A DNA stretch of 64,000 nt, from positions 7,571 through 71,570 of the forward strand of contig PFEF01000005.1 in NCBI GenBank assembly GCA_002793915.1, given 5' to 3'. Positions 29,426-39,224 of the stretch are shown here, piece by piece. Both the position numbers and the translations under genes were made by a program. The notes below the pieces were generated by a model, which saw only the letters and a program-made list of their open reading frames with translations, did not search any database and had not been told where the DNA came from. This DNA comes from Candidatus Ryanbacteria bacterium CG10_big_fil_rev_8_21_14_0_10_43_42 (GTDB taxonomy: Bacteria; Patescibacteriota; Minisyncoccia; Ryanbacterales; 2-02-FULL-48-12). Within the stretch, counting starts at the first letter, position 1, and each line of letters starts with the position of its first letter.

Positions 29426-31255
29426 ATGAATACATCACCAGACCGCATACGTAATTTTGTAATTGTTGCTCATATTGATCACGGAAAGTCCACGTTGGCT
29501 GATCGTTTCTTGGAGGTGACCGCCACCGTTGAAGACAGGAAGATGAAACCTCAACTTTTAGATCAGATGGATCTGGAGCGTGAGCGGGGCATTACTATTA
29601 AAATGCAGCCGGTTCGCATGCTCTATACCCTCCATGAAGTTCCGTATACTCTTAATTTAATAGATACACCCGGACATATAGATTTTTCGTATGAAGTATC
29701 GCGCGCGCTTGCCGCAGTGGAAGGTGCCATTTTGTTGGTGGATGCAACGCAGGGTGTGCAGGCGCAAACGCTTACCAATCTTTATATTGCTATGGATCAG
29801 AATCTTACGATCATTCCCGTTTTGAACAAAATAGATATGAAGGAGGCGAACATAAAAGAATCGGAAGATGAGCTTATACAGCTTTTAGGGGTTGAGCGGG
29901 AAGATATTATGAAAGTTTCGGGAAAAACCGGAGAGGGTGTAAAAGATCTGCTGGAAGAGGTTATAAAAAAAGTTCCACCGCCTGCGGTTTCCGGAAATAC
30001 TTCCCTGACACGCGCCCTTATATTCGACTCGGCATACGAAAGTCATAAGGGAATTATTGCATTTGTGCGTGTTATGGAGGGGTGTATTGCGCGCGGAGAT
30101 AAGGCTCATTTTCTCGCAACGGATGCTTCGGCGGACGTAAAAGAAGTAGGAATTCTTCTTCCGGAACACACATCCTCCCATTCCTTGGAAGAGGGTGAGA
30201 TCGGGTATATTGTAACAGGAATTAAAAATCCGTCCGATGTGCGTATCGGAGACACTGTCTCGGTACAGCATACGAAGCAGATAATGAAGGTAGAACAGCT
30301 TCCCGGCTATCGGGAATCGCGTCCGATGATTTGGGCAAGTTTTTACCCCGAATCTCAAGATGACTTTGATATGCTGGAAGAGGCACTGGGTCGTTTGCAG
30401 TTAAATGATGCCGCGCTTACATTTGAAACGGAATCATCTTCCAGTATGGGACGCAGTTTTAAATGCGGATTTCTCGGTATGCTTCATTTAGAGATAGTAA
30501 CGGAACGCTTAAAAAGGGAATTTAATGTTCCCGTTATAACAACAAGTCCATCGGTGGCATATGAAGTAACGCGAAATGACGGCAGTACGGAAATTATTTC
30601 TTCTCCGGTAAAGTTTCCACCCAAGGATCAAATTATGCATGTACGTGAACCATGGTTCTCCGTGGATATTATTGTTCCGGAAGCATATCTTGGTAATATT
30701 TTAAAACTTATTGATGCTCACGAAGGATCAGTCCTTTCCACCAAGCCGTTCGGACAGGGAGAGAATAGCGGGGATTCAGGACGGCTTATAGTGGCATCGG
30801 AAATACCGCTTCGGGAAATTGTTTCGGATTTTTTTGATACGCTAAAAAGCGTAAGTTCTGGATATGCCTCCATGCATTACGAAGATGCCGGCATGCGTCC
30901 GGCGGATGTGGAGCGCATGGATATTCATGTAGCGGGTGACAGTGTTCCGGCGCTCTCGCGTATTCTTTCCCGAAAAAAAGCTCCATATGCGGCCCGTGAA
31001 GCCGTGAAGTCATTAAAAGAAATACTGCCCCGCCAGTTGTTTCAGGTAAAAGTCCAAGCTCTTCTGGAGGGACGCATTATAGCATCGGAAACAATATCCG
31101 CCCTCAAAAAAGACGTTACCGGCTATCTTTACGGAGGGGATAGGACACGCAAAATGAAGCTTTGGAAAAAACAGAAGGAGGGAAAGAAGAAATTAAAGGA
31201 GATGGGACGAGTTACCATTCCTCCGGAAGTTTATCTTAAAATGATGAAAAAATAA
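29426..31255 (+). CDS. lepA: translation elongation factor 4
   Basis: 609 aa. IRNFVIVAHIDHGKSTLADR G1 motif, DTPGHIDF, NKIDM, and the LepA-specific C-terminal domain. Confidence 0.95.
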   Translation: MNTSPDRIRNFVIVAHIDHGKSTLADRFLEVTATVEDRKMKPQLLDQMDLERERGITIKMQPVRMLYTLHEVPYTLNLIDTPGHIDFSYEVSRALAAVEGAILLVDATQGVQAQTLTNLYIAMDQNLTIIPVLNKIDMKEANIKESEDELIQLLGVEREDIMKVSGKTGEGVKDLLEEVIKKVPPPAVSGNTSLTRALIFDSAYESHKGIIAFVRVMEGCIARGDKAHFLATDASADVKEVGILLPEHTSSHSLEEGEIGYIVTGIKNPSDVRIGDTVSVQHTKQIMKVEQLPGYRESRPMIWASFYPESQDDFDMLEEALGRLQLNDAALTFETESSSSMGRSFKCGFLGMLHLEIVTERLKREFNVPVITTSPSVAYEVTRNDGSTEIISSPVKFPPKDQIMHVREPWFSVDIIVPEAYLGNILKLIDAHEGSVLSTKPFGQGENSGDSGRLIVASEIPLREIVSDFFDTLKSVSSGYASMHYEDAGMRPADVERMDIHVAGDSVPALSRILSRKKAPYAAREAVKSLKEILPRQLFQVKVQALLEGRIIASETISALKKDVTGYLYGGDRTRKMKLWKKQKEGKKKLKEMGRVTIPPEVYLKMMKK

Positions 31256-31508
31256 CCACTATCCGAAATATTCGGAAGCGAGATTTCCGCCGTCCACTCG
31301 AAGCCGGAGAATATCGAGAGGTTTTTCCTTTTATGGTATCCTGGTATTAGCCAAGTTATCAGAAAAAAAGAGAAGGACCGAAAGAGAAAATAATCATGCT
31401 AAGAGCAATGAGGATACTAAAGATAACCCACATGCTCTTAAGAACTTGTTTTGATTTTCGTGACCGCATATATACAAGTATAAAGAATTAGAAAACAATA
31501 AGGAAGTC

Positions 31509-31895
31509 ATGAGAAATTTTCAAGAAAAACGACAATGGCGCGACATTTTATCTTCCCGGTTTATTATTATACCGCTCTTTTTACTTCTTATTATTGGAGG
31601 CGTTTCCAGTTTTCGCGCCCTTATGCAGGGATGGGAAGCTCAAAGTGCACGTAAAGAAACGGAAGTGCGCATTCAGGAGCTTGAAGAAGAGCGGCGCCAG
31701 CTATCATCCGAACTGGAAGAGTTTAAGAGCGGGCGCGCTATAGAGCGCGAAGCACGGCAAAAATTGAATTTACGTAAACCTGGTGAAGAAGTCATTATTA
31801 TTGTAGATGGCGAAGATAAGGAAGATAGTCCTGTTTTGGAGAAAAAGGGAATCGGCGCCCGTGTGGCCGATTTTTTCAGGCAGTGGAGAGAATAA
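31509..31895 (+). CDS. ftsB: septum formation initiator family protein (FtsB/DivIC-like)
   Basis: 128 aa: one TM helix, a coiled coil, then the EREARQKLNLRKPGEEVII signature. Confidence 0.6.
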   Translation: MRNFQEKRQWRDILSSRFIIIPLFLLLIIGGVSSFRALMQGWEAQSARKETEVRIQELEEERRQLSSELEEFKSGRAIEREARQKLNLRKPGEEVIIIVDGEDKEDSPVLEKKGIGARVADFFRQWRE

Positions 31896-31941
31896 GAAGT
31901 TTTTGCTATGCTGTAATTATTATTATGAATACTTATATTAT

Positions 31942-32508
31942 ATGAAACGATCCGCTGGTGTTATTCTTGTTATTGTGGCCATTTTTGGTCTGGGGCTATT
32001 TTTTACGGGACTCTATCCGGTGGCACGCATAAACGAGGATATTGTTCTGCGTCGTACGTTTAGTGAACGCGCAAAAGCGCTTATACAGTTTGAAAACAGA
32101 ACGCGCTCACGCATAAACGGAGCAGAACTTACGGAGGATGAACAGCGGGAATTGGAGCGTGTTGTTCTTGAAAATCTTATTATAAACACGGTTCTCACGC
32201 AATACATTAGACATAATTTTACCGAAACAGATCTTTTTATTGAAGCGGAACTGCGAGTGGAAGAAGCGCTTTCATCGGCCGATGCCGATGTATTACCGCG
32301 TGCTACAAGCGAGCTGTATGGATGGAGTGTTGATGAGTTTAAAAAGAATGTACTTTTTCCACAGGCGCTCATGACCGTTCTTGAAGAGCGGGTTTCTGTG
32401 GATAATTCCAATTTTAAGGAATTTGTACGGGAACAGCTTGTGTATAGTGACGTTTCCCTTTATCTTATTCCGTGGAAATGGCAAAACGGCGAGGTGGTGG
32501 AAAGATAA
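31942..32508 (+). CDS. hypothetical membrane-anchored protein
   Basis: 188 aa from ATG 31942 (MKRSAGVILVIVAIFG...). The ORF-track start at 31807 overlaps ftsB and is rejected. Weak SurA-N-like character. Confidence 0.45.
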   Translation: MKRSAGVILVIVAIFGLGLFFTGLYPVARINEDIVLRRTFSERAKALIQFENRTRSRINGAELTEDEQRELERVVLENLIINTVLTQYIRHNFTETDLFIEAELRVEEALSSADADVLPRATSELYGWSVDEFKKNVLFPQALMTVLEERVSVDNSNFKEFVREQLVYSDVSLYLIPWKWQNGEVVER

Positions 32509-32611
32509 ATTCGCAAGAAACCATACATTATATGGGTGGTACGCATATTCACGGAATAGGCGGACACCGTTTAGTAACGGAGTGTAATCGTGCGTAATAT
32601 AAGCGCTACCG

Positions 32612-32682
32612 GCGAGTGTGGTATAACGGCATTACGTAAGCTTCCCAAGCTTGAAACGAGGGTTCGACTCCCTTCACTCGCT
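32612..32682 (+). tRNA. tRNA-Gly (anticodon CCC)
   Basis: Manual fold: acceptor GCGAGTG/CACTCGC, D-loop with GG, anticodon loop TTCCCAA, T-arm GAGGG-TTCGACT-CCCTT, discriminator U. CCA is not encoded. Confidence 0.7.
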
Positions 32683-32737
32683 CATTCGGTTATACTCCCC
32701 GCAAGAAACCTGCCGGTGCGTTAATGAAAAAAGGACG

Positions 32738-33058
32738 TTACGGTTCCAATAATAATCGCTTTTCGAAGCTTCCACGTTCTTCAATTATTTTGTTTTTCAC
32801 CGCATTAACATCTTCCTGTGAAAACCCTTTTATGCTTCGCATAATATCGGTAATTTCGTAGAGGTATGCAAGTCGTGTTTTAATAAATTCCGCATTATCC
32901 GGCTCCTCCGTCATTTCTTGTATTTCTTCAATAAGTTTTCGTCGAAGCCACTCAAAGTATTCTGTATCATCTTCCAGAACGCGTGTTTTAAGTTTCGTGC
33001 CTTCGGCCGCAAATTTTTCGGGCATCTTGTCCCGAATCAGTTTTTTAAATATTTTCAT
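32738..33058 (-). CDS. hypothetical protein (MazG-like NTP pyrophosphohydrolase fold?)
   Basis: 106 aa acidic helical protein. EEIQEMTEEPDNAEFIKTRLAYLYEITDIM loosely resembles the MazG/HisE fold. Confidence 0.35.
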   Translation of the reverse strand: MKIFKKLIRDKMPEKFAAEGTKLKTRVLEDDTEYFEWLRRKLIEEIQEMTEEPDNAEFIKTRLAYLYEITDIMRSIKGFSQEDVNAVKNKIIEERGSFEKRLLLEP

Positions 33059-33151
33059 ACAGATAGTATACTATACTCTGTACTTTTTATGCCACCGTTT
33101 TTTTGTCATTGAAAAACATGAATTACCATGCTATTTTTGTACATACGTCAT

Positions 33152-33227
33152 GCCACCTTAGCTCAGCTGGTAGAGCGGTTCCTTCGTAAGGAAATGGTCC
33201 GCGGTTCGAATCCGCGAGGTGGCTCCA
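33152..33227 (+). tRNA. tRNA-Thr (anticodon CGT), CCA encoded
   Basis: GCCACCTTAGCTCAGCTGGTAGAGCG..., anticodon loop TTCGTAA, T-arm CGCGG-TTCGAAT-CCGCG, acceptor AGGTGGC-T-CCA. The final A is the A of the prfB ATG. Confidence 0.85.
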
Positions 33228-34309
33228 TGAACGATCTAAAAGAACGTCTTGTGCAGATAATGGAATCCGTTTCCCACTGGCAGGCGGGAAATATTGACAT
33301 TGCAGGAAAAAAGGAAGAAATCATTCGATTAGAGCACGAGGCAACTCTGCCGGCATTCTGGGATAATTCAGAGCATGCGGCCGAGGTGACAACTCGCATG
33401 GCTGACCTAAAGGAAGAAATAGAAATATGGGACGCATTATTCGGCGAAGCAAAAGAACTGGAAGAACTATTGGCGGTTGCCGGTGCGGATGAATCCCTGT
33501 ATGAGGAACTTACGGAAAAAATAACGGTTCTTGAAAAAAAATTAAAGGATGCCGAAATGACCCTTTTATTTGCAGGAACATATGCCCGCAAGGGTGCTAC
33601 CGTATCTATCTATGCGGGTGCGGGCGGACAGGATGCGGAAGATTGGGTGCGTCTTCTTCTTCGAATGTATCAAAAGTATGCAGAAGATAACGGATGGTCC
33701 GTAACGGAACTGCATCGGCATGAAAATGAAATGGGCGGTATTAAAAACATAACGTTTGAAATTGCGGGGAAAAACGCATACGGATATTTAAAAGGAGAGC
33801 AGGGCGTACATCGTTTGGTGCGTATTTCTCCGTTTAATGCCGATAAAAAACGACATACGTCATTTGCGTATGTAGAGATATTCCCCGACATTGATGATGC
33901 GCCTGATGTTCATATAAACGAGGATGACATCGAATACGACTTTACACGTTCCGGCGGCAAGGGCGGACAAAACGTTAACAAGCGCGAAACGGCCGTGCGG
34001 CTTACGCATAAGCCGACCGGCATTGCGGTGCGCGTGGAAACACAGCGTTCACAGGGACAAAACAAAGAACGCGCACTCAAACTTCTTCGGGCAAAACTGT
34101 ATCAGTTGCGGGAAGCATCACATAAAAAAACAATAGAAGAATTAAAAGGCGCAAAAATAGCTATAGAATGGGGGAGTCAAATTCGTTCGTATGTATTTCA
34201 TCCGTATCAGATGGTAAAGGATCATCGCACGGGCGTGGAGACGTCCCAAGTTGATGATGTCCTTGAGGGAGGGCTGGATGATTTCATTGCGGCGGAAATT
34301 CGGTTATAA
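33227..34309 (+). CDS. prfB: peptide chain release factor 2 (uninterrupted, no programmed frameshift)
   Basis: 360 aa with SPF tripeptide (RISPFNA) and GGQ motif ([11 protein letters not shown]). The ORF-track extension to 33128 reads through tRNA-Thr and is rejected. Confidence 0.9.
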   Translation: MNDLKERLVQIMESVSHWQAGNIDIAGKKEEIIRLEHEATLPAFWDNSEHAAEVTTRMADLKEEIEIWDALFGEAKELEELLAVAGADESLYEELTEKITVLEKKLKDAEMTLLFAGTYARKGATVSIYAGAGGQDAEDWVRLLLRMYQKYAEDNGWSVTELHRHENEMGGIKNITFEIAGKNAYGYLKGEQGVHRLVRISPFNADKKRHTSFAYVEIFPDIDDAPDVHINEDDIEYDFTRSGGKGGQNVNKRETAVRLTHKPTGIAVRVETQRSQGQNKERALKLLRAKLYQLREASHKKTIEELKGAKIAIEWGSQIRSYVFHPYQMVKDHRTGVETSQVDDVLEGGLDDFIAAEIRL

Positions 34310-34321
34310 TAGAAATCACAT

Positions 34322-35005
34322 ATGATATTTTTTGATAACGTATCACGGATCTATTCAGGAAATGCGATAGCGCTCGAAGGAGTAACTCTCACCATCGAGC
34401 CGGAAGAGTTTGTTTCTATCGTGGGACAGTCAGGAGCGGGAAAGAGTACGCTTCTTCGTCTCTTACTCGCAGAAGAGAGTCCTTCTTCGGGAAAAGTTTT
34501 TTTTGATTCTCTGGCATTAGATGAGCTAAGCCAAAAACAGCTCACGCCCATACGCCGTCGCATTGGTACGGTGTTTCAGGATTTTCGTCTGCTACCGCAT
34601 AAGACCGCATATGAAAACATTGCCTTTGCAATGGAGGCGGCCGGTCAGCCGGATGATGCAATTCATTCCGATGTTCCGCAGGTACTGGAACTTGTGGGTC
34701 TTCTCGATAAAGTGGAAAACTTTCCGCATGAGCTTTCCGGGGGAGAAAAACAGCGCGTTGCTATAGCGCGCGCCATTATAAACCGGCCGGATGTGGTTAT
34801 CGCAGACGAGCCCACGGGAAATCTTGATCCGCTTAATACTTGGGAAATAATTAAACTGCTTGCAAAAATAAACGAGTTGGGAACAATCGTTCTTTTAGCC
34901 ACGCATAATCGTGATATTATTAACGCATTAGGAAAACGGGTCATCACGCTTGAAAAAGGGCATGTCGTTCGGGATGAAAAAAGAGGCCGTTACGTACTTA
35001 AATAA
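34322..35005 (+). CDS. ftsE: cell division ATP-binding protein FtsE
   Basis: 227 aa. Walker A GQSGAGKST, ABC signature LSGGEKQRVAIARA, Walker B VVIADEPTGNLD. ftsX is adjacent. Confidence 0.85.
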   Translation: MIFFDNVSRIYSGNAIALEGVTLTIEPEEFVSIVGQSGAGKSTLLRLLLAEESPSSGKVFFDSLALDELSQKQLTPIRRRIGTVFQDFRLLPHKTAYENIAFAMEAAGQPDDAIHSDVPQVLELVGLLDKVENFPHELSGGEKQRVAIARAIINRPDVVIADEPTGNLDPLNTWEIIKLLAKINELGTIVLLATHNRDIINALGKRVITLEKGHVVRDEKRGRYVLK

Positions 35006-35013
35006 CGCATACT

Positions 35014-35922
35014 ATGTTTATAACAATCAAGCGCATCACCAAAGGAGGTATTATAAATTTTTGGCGCAATGGCTGGATATCATTTGCCACCGTTTTGGTT
35101 ATGGTCATAACTCTTTTTGTAGTGGGAGGTCTTTTTTTGGGGAGTGTTGTTCTTTCATCGGTACTTGATTCTCTGGAGGATAAAGTTGATATCACAGTAT
35201 ATTTTGCCCAGGAAGCGCCGGAGGGGGATGTTGTTGCTGTGCGGGATGCACTTCTTACGCTTGGCGAAGTAGAGGACGCGCAGTATATTTCCCGCGAGGA
35301 AGCATTATTAAGTTTCCAGGAACGGCACAAGGAAAATACTCTTATTACGCAGTCGCTTGCCGAACTGGGTGAAAACCCCCTCGGTGCCAGTATAACCATT
35401 CGTGCCACCGATCCGTCGCATTATGAGGCAATTAGTAATTTTCTGGAGGCGAATGTTCTCTCTAGTATTCTCGATAAAGTAAACTTCCGGCAAAACGAGC
35501 TTGTTATCAATCGGCTTACTAATATTCTTGATGTATCGCGTCGCGTAGGCATTGGTGCCGGGATTATTCTGGGATTTGTCGCGTTTATCGTTGCGTTTAA
35601 TACCATACGCATGGCAATTTACACGAGCCGCGAAGAAATAAAAGTAATGAAGCTTGTGGGTGCTTCTAATTGGTACACGCGCGGTCCGTTTTTAGTAGAA
35701 GGCTTTCTCCACGGTCTCTTTGCGAGCATTATTACGATACTGGTATTTTTCCCCATTACGTTCTGGGTGGGACCGCGCGCGGAAGCGTTTTTCGGCGGTC
35801 CTGATTTGTTCATATACTACACAACCCATATCATACAATTATTCCTCCTCCTTTTCTTTGTGGGCATTATGATAGGCATCCTCTCAAGTTCCTTTGCCAT
35901 TCGCCGGTATTTACGGGCGTAA
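35014..35922 (+). CDS. ftsX: cell division permease FtsX
   Basis: 302 aa. N-terminal TM helix, periplasmic domain, then three C-terminal TM helices. Confidence 0.8.
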   Translation: MFITIKRITKGGIINFWRNGWISFATVLVMVITLFVVGGLFLGSVVLSSVLDSLEDKVDITVYFAQEAPEGDVVAVRDALLTLGEVEDAQYISREEALLSFQERHKENTLITQSLAELGENPLGASITIRATDPSHYEAISNFLEANVLSSILDKVNFRQNELVINRLTNILDVSRRVGIGAGIILGFVAFIVAFNTIRMAIYTSREEIKVMKLVGASNWYTRGPFLVEGFLHGLFASIITILVFFPITFWVGPRAEAFFGGPDLFIYYTTHIIQLFLLLFFVGIMIGILSSSFAIRRYLRA

Positions 35923-36140
35923 AACGGAGAGCCTCGATCTACACTTGCTTTTTTTATGCGCTTTTGATACCCTTAAAAAAGATCCTCTCTTTACCTGCCG
36001 TAAGCGGACAGGGTCATAAGCAATTCTCTCCTCCTGAATTAAGCTGGCCTTGTCCGCTCCCTCTTCATTTTTCTCTGCCCTTCGGGGCTTTTCTTTTTGG
36101 TTGATTAATCATCTTTCATACGTTACATTATGAGTACCTA

Positions 36141-36214
36141 TTGCCGGATAGTGAAATGGTATCACGATTGGTTCTGGTCCAATTATTCTAGGTTCGAGTC
36201 CTAGTCCGGCAGCC
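36141..36214 (+). tRNA. tRNA-Gln (anticodon CTG), CCA encoded
   Basis: U1-A72 acceptor TGCCGGA/TCCGGCA, anticodon loop TTCTGGT, T-arm CTAGG-TTCGAGT-CCTAG. The antisense ORF 36109..36354 is spurious. Confidence 0.85.
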
Positions 36215-36321
36215 AGTTCGTGCGTAGTGTTTATGCTCAAGGAGCGTAGCGATCTCGTGCGCTCAAGGTGCGTTGTAGGCAACTTGTTATAAAAATATGG
36301 CGGTTGCGATAAAATAAAACT

Positions 36322-36942
36322 ATGAATAAAAAAACTAACATTCTGTGCATCCATGGAGGGATGACGTTTAAAAATAAGAAAGATTATCTAAGTTTCTTAA
36401 GGAATAGGAAGATATCGATTGATAAGAAGGTAAAGTGGTCGGGCAAGTATTTAGATGAGAAGCTAGGGCGAAATTTCCAGATCATTAGGCCAAGGATGCC
36501 GTTACAAGACAATGCTATGTACGAAGATTGGAAAATTCACTTTGAAAGACACCTTCCATTTTTGAAAGGGAAATTTATTCTCATTGGAGAATCACTCGGT
36601 GGTGTCTTCTTGGCTAAATGGCTATCAGAAAATAAATTACCTAAGAAAGCAGTTTCTGCATTCTTAGTATGTCCTCCTTTTGATAATGATCTGATTGGAG
36701 AAGATTTAGTTGGAGGTTTTAATCTATCTAAAGACCTGTCTAAACTCACTCACAACGCTAAAAATATTTATCTGATGTTCTCAAAGGATGATGATTGTGT
36801 CCCTGTGTCTCATGCTGATAAATATAGCAAGAAGCTACCCGATGCGAATATCATTATTTACAAAAGCAAGAACGGACACTTCAATATCTCCAGCTTTCCT
36901 GAAATTGTGAGATATATAAAGGATGACGTTCGTAAAAGGTAA
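36322..36942 (+). CDS. alpha/beta-fold serine hydrolase (RBBP9/YdeN-like), AT-rich
   Basis: 206 aa. ILCIHGG...ILIGESLGGVF nucleophile elbow (GxSxG), a late His (NGHFNI). GC is about 30-35%, versus about 45% for neighbouring genes. Confidence 0.6.
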   Translation: MNKKTNILCIHGGMTFKNKKDYLSFLRNRKISIDKKVKWSGKYLDEKLGRNFQIIRPRMPLQDNAMYEDWKIHFERHLPFLKGKFILIGESLGGVFLAKWLSENKLPKKAVSAFLVCPPFDNDLIGEDLVGGFNLSKDLSKLTHNAKNIYLMFSKDDDCVPVSHADKYSKKLPDANIIIYKSKNGHFNISSFPEIVRYIKDDVRKR

Positions 36943-37072
36943 GGTGTCTTGCCCGAGTGTTTGTTAACGTGCTCGAAGAGCGTCGAATTGGTAAAATAAA
37001 ATAGTTGAAAATAACCTTGCGGGGCTTGATCGACCACGGTTCTAGCTCGACTCGGCCAGCCCAAATTTTGCC

Positions 37073-37138
37073 CAAATCTTCGATTTGGATGCAAAACTTT
37101 AGGGCACTGGAGCTCCACAGAGCTTAGCGCATACATTA
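37073..37138 (+). repeat. 66-bp direct repeat, copy 1
   Basis: caaatcttcgatttggatgcaaaactttagggcactggagctccacagagcttagcgcatacatta. Differs from copy 2 at one position (c/t). Confidence 0.85.
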
Positions 37139-37263
37139 TAAAGAAACGCAGCGACTATACGATTTTGTTTACTTATAACCGAAAGGAGTTAGAAAACAAG
37201 AAGTGCCCTCGTGGTAAAAACTTCAGGTGCCAAAGCCCGCGCACGGGCGTGGTACATACCTGT

Positions 37264-37329
37264 CAAATCTTCGATTTGGATGCAAAACTTTAGGGCACTG
37301 GAGCTCCACAGAGCTTAGTGCATACATTA
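37264..37329 (+). repeat. 66-bp direct repeat, copy 2 (flanked by ggtgccaaagcccg...tacctg boxes at 37226-37262 and 37330-37360)
   Basis: 65/66 identity with copy 1. Flanking ~30-bp boxes are themselves repeated. Confidence 0.85.
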
Positions 37330-37383
37330 GGGTGCCAAAGCCCGTCGCGGCATACCTGTTGAGTGCAGTATCCAGAAAGAAAA

Positions 37384-37410
37384 ACCCACCCGCGAGGGTG
37401 GTTTTTCTTT
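37384..37410 (+). terminator. strong Rho-independent terminator closing the repeat region
   Basis: cccacccgcgagggtgg followed by TTTTTCTTTCTT. Confidence 0.7.
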
Positions 37411-37438
37411 CTTCCAAAATCAGCTATAATTTTAATTA

Positions 37439-37861
37439 ATGAAAACTGTTTCGCCGATTTCAAAGTACCTCCTTCTATTCGCTGTTCTGGCGTTCTTTCT
37501 TGTCAGTTTTTTTGGGTTGGGACATACAAACATGGCAACAGGTCCGGATGGACAAATGTCCTCAAGTAACTGCTTCATGCCCGGCATGACGGCATCGCTC
37601 TGTCAAATGAATCCATTTGAGCATATCGCCACGTGGCAGAGTATGTTCACTGCGATACCGAGTCAGAGTGATTTTGTCTTGCTTCTTTTTGCTTTACTCG
37701 CGCTTAGTGCTTTTTTCATTCGGTCATATCAGAGTATGGCCCCACCTCAAGCACTCGTCTTGTTACAACCAGTATTTGCATACTACAAACGGCGCATGCC
37801 AATAATGCATTCACTTCAAGAAGCATTCTCAAACGGCATTCTCCACCCAAAGATTTTCTAA
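37439..37861 (+). CDS. hypothetical membrane protein (Cys/Met-rich loop)
   Basis: 140 aa with two TM helices. Loop sequence SSSNCFMPGMTASLCQMNPFEH. First gene of the Dsb-containing operon. Confidence 0.5.
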   Translation: MKTVSPISKYLLLFAVLAFFLVSFFGLGHTNMATGPDGQMSSSNCFMPGMTASLCQMNPFEHIATWQSMFTAIPSQSDFVLLLFALLALSAFFIRSYQSMAPPQALVLLQPVFAYYKRRMPIMHSLQEAFSNGILHPKIF

Positions 37862-37936
37862 ATACAGCTGCTCTCGTTAGCAAAAAGCAAAGCGGTTTTT
37901 TGCCGTTTATTAATCCTTAATCATACTCAATTAATT

Positions 37937-38659
37937 ATGGAAGAATCATCAAAAACAAATATATTATCAATCCCCATAGCAATTGTCATTGCCGGAGTAC
38001 TCATTGCCGGAGCTGTTTACATGGGCACTAGTAATAAGGCGGGCATTGCAGAAAACCGGCAGCCGCAAGTTGCTGAACAACAGCAATCAGGAAATCTCGA
38101 TCAGATGGCTCCCATTACAAGCGAGGACCATATTCGCGGCAATCCGAATGCCCAAGTTATAATCGTCGAGTATTCCGATTACGAATGCCCGTTCTGTAAA
38201 GGATTCCATTTGACTATGCAGAGAATTGTTGATGAGTATGGCGACAAAGTTGCATGGGTCTATCGGCACTTTCCGCTCGATTCCATTCACTCAAAAGCGC
38301 GCTCGGAAGCGTTGGCGGCAGAGTGTGCCGCAGAGCTTGGCGGTAACGATGCTTTCTGGAAGTTTACTGATCGCTTCTTCGAGCTGACGCCGTCAAATAA
38401 TCAAACAGACACGGCTACCGTACTGCCGCAAATCGCGCGTGAGATTGGACTTAACGAACCACAGTTTGCTTCATGTCTCACAAGTGGAAGGTACGATGAC
38501 CACATTCAAGCAAATCTCGATAACGGTATTGCAACCGGCGGAAACGGTACTCCATGGAGTATTGTTGTTACAAAGAGTGGTAAAAAATACCCGCTCTCGG
38601 GCGCACAGCCGTACGCATCAGTGAAGCAGTTCATTGATCTTGCGCTCCAAGAGAAATAA
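37937..38659 (+). CDS. DsbA-family thiol:disulfide oxidoreductase (membrane-anchored)
   Basis: 240 aa. N-terminal TM helix; thioredoxin fold with CPFC active site (YSDYECPFCKGFH) and an inserted helical domain. Confidence 0.75.
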   Translation: MEESSKTNILSIPIAIVIAGVLIAGAVYMGTSNKAGIAENRQPQVAEQQQSGNLDQMAPITSEDHIRGNPNAQVIIVEYSDYECPFCKGFHLTMQRIVDEYGDKVAWVYRHFPLDSIHSKARSEALAAECAAELGGNDAFWKFTDRFFELTPSNNQTDTATVLPQIAREIGLNEPQFASCLTSGRYDDHIQANLDNGIATGGNGTPWSIVVTKSGKKYPLSGAQPYASVKQFIDLALQEK

Positions 38660-38661
38660 CT

Positions 38662-39222
38662 ATGAGCACCCATCTGCACAACATCAAACAAGCGTTTACG
38701 GAGGTGTTCGCACATACTTCCTACATCGCGCTCGCAAGCGTACTTACGCTTTTTGCGTTTGTGTTTGCAGTGTGGTTCCCGAATCTCGGACTCATCATTG
38801 ACGTATTCACCACTTCAAGTGCTCCGATAGTAGCAAAACTTAAACTCATAATGAGCTTACTTGGCGGTATCGGTACCAACTTTAGTGTGCTTTCTGCAGG
38901 ATACACAATTGCTATTGCCATTCTCTTCGGAATACTTGTCGCGATGATTGTCTATCTTATAAGGAAGAGACAAGCACAACTTGGAGGTGGCACTCTTGCT
39001 ACGGGACTTGGTGGCGTGTTCAGTGGCATCCTTGGTGTTGGATGTGCAGCTTGTGGATCCTTCCTCCTCATGACAATACTTGCTTCATTCGGAGCGACGG
39101 GTGCAATAGCGCTTCTACCACTCAAAGGAGGAGAGTTCGGTGTTGTGAGTGTCGGATTACTTGTTATATCACTTGCGATCACCGCCAGGAAAATTACTGA
39201 ACCATTAACATGCGAATCATAA
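38662..39222 (+). CDS. polytopic membrane protein with membrane-embedded CxxC (candidate DsbB/VKOR-analogous DsbA partner)
   Basis: 186 aa with 4-5 TM helices. GVGCAACGSFLL places a CxxC at a TM boundary. Starts 2 nt after the dsbA-like stop. Confidence 0.5.
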   Translation: MSTHLHNIKQAFTEVFAHTSYIALASVLTLFAFVFAVWFPNLGLIIDVFTTSSAPIVAKLKLIMSLLGGIGTNFSVLSAGYTIAIAILFGILVAMIVYLIRKRQAQLGGGTLATGLGGVFSGILGVGCAACGSFLLMTILASFGATGAIALLPLKGGEFGVVSVGLLVISLAITARKITEPLTCES

Positions 39223-39224
39223 CT

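Noticed and set aside
31807-31941. Upstream extension of ORF 31807..32508
   Set aside because: It overlaps the 3' end of ftsB in another frame. The internal ATG 31942 gives a signal-anchor N-terminus.
33128-33226. 5' extension of the prfB ORF ([33 protein letters not shown])
   Set aside because: It is the translation of tRNA-Thr. The true prfB start is ATG 33227.
33227-33320. Programmed +1 frameshift site in prfB
   Set aside because: The RF2 reading frame is continuous from ATG 33227, and no CTT-TGA-C motif is present near codon 25.
36109-36354. Minus-strand ORF of 81 aa
   Set aside because: It overlaps tRNA-Gln (36141..36214) in antisense and has no support.
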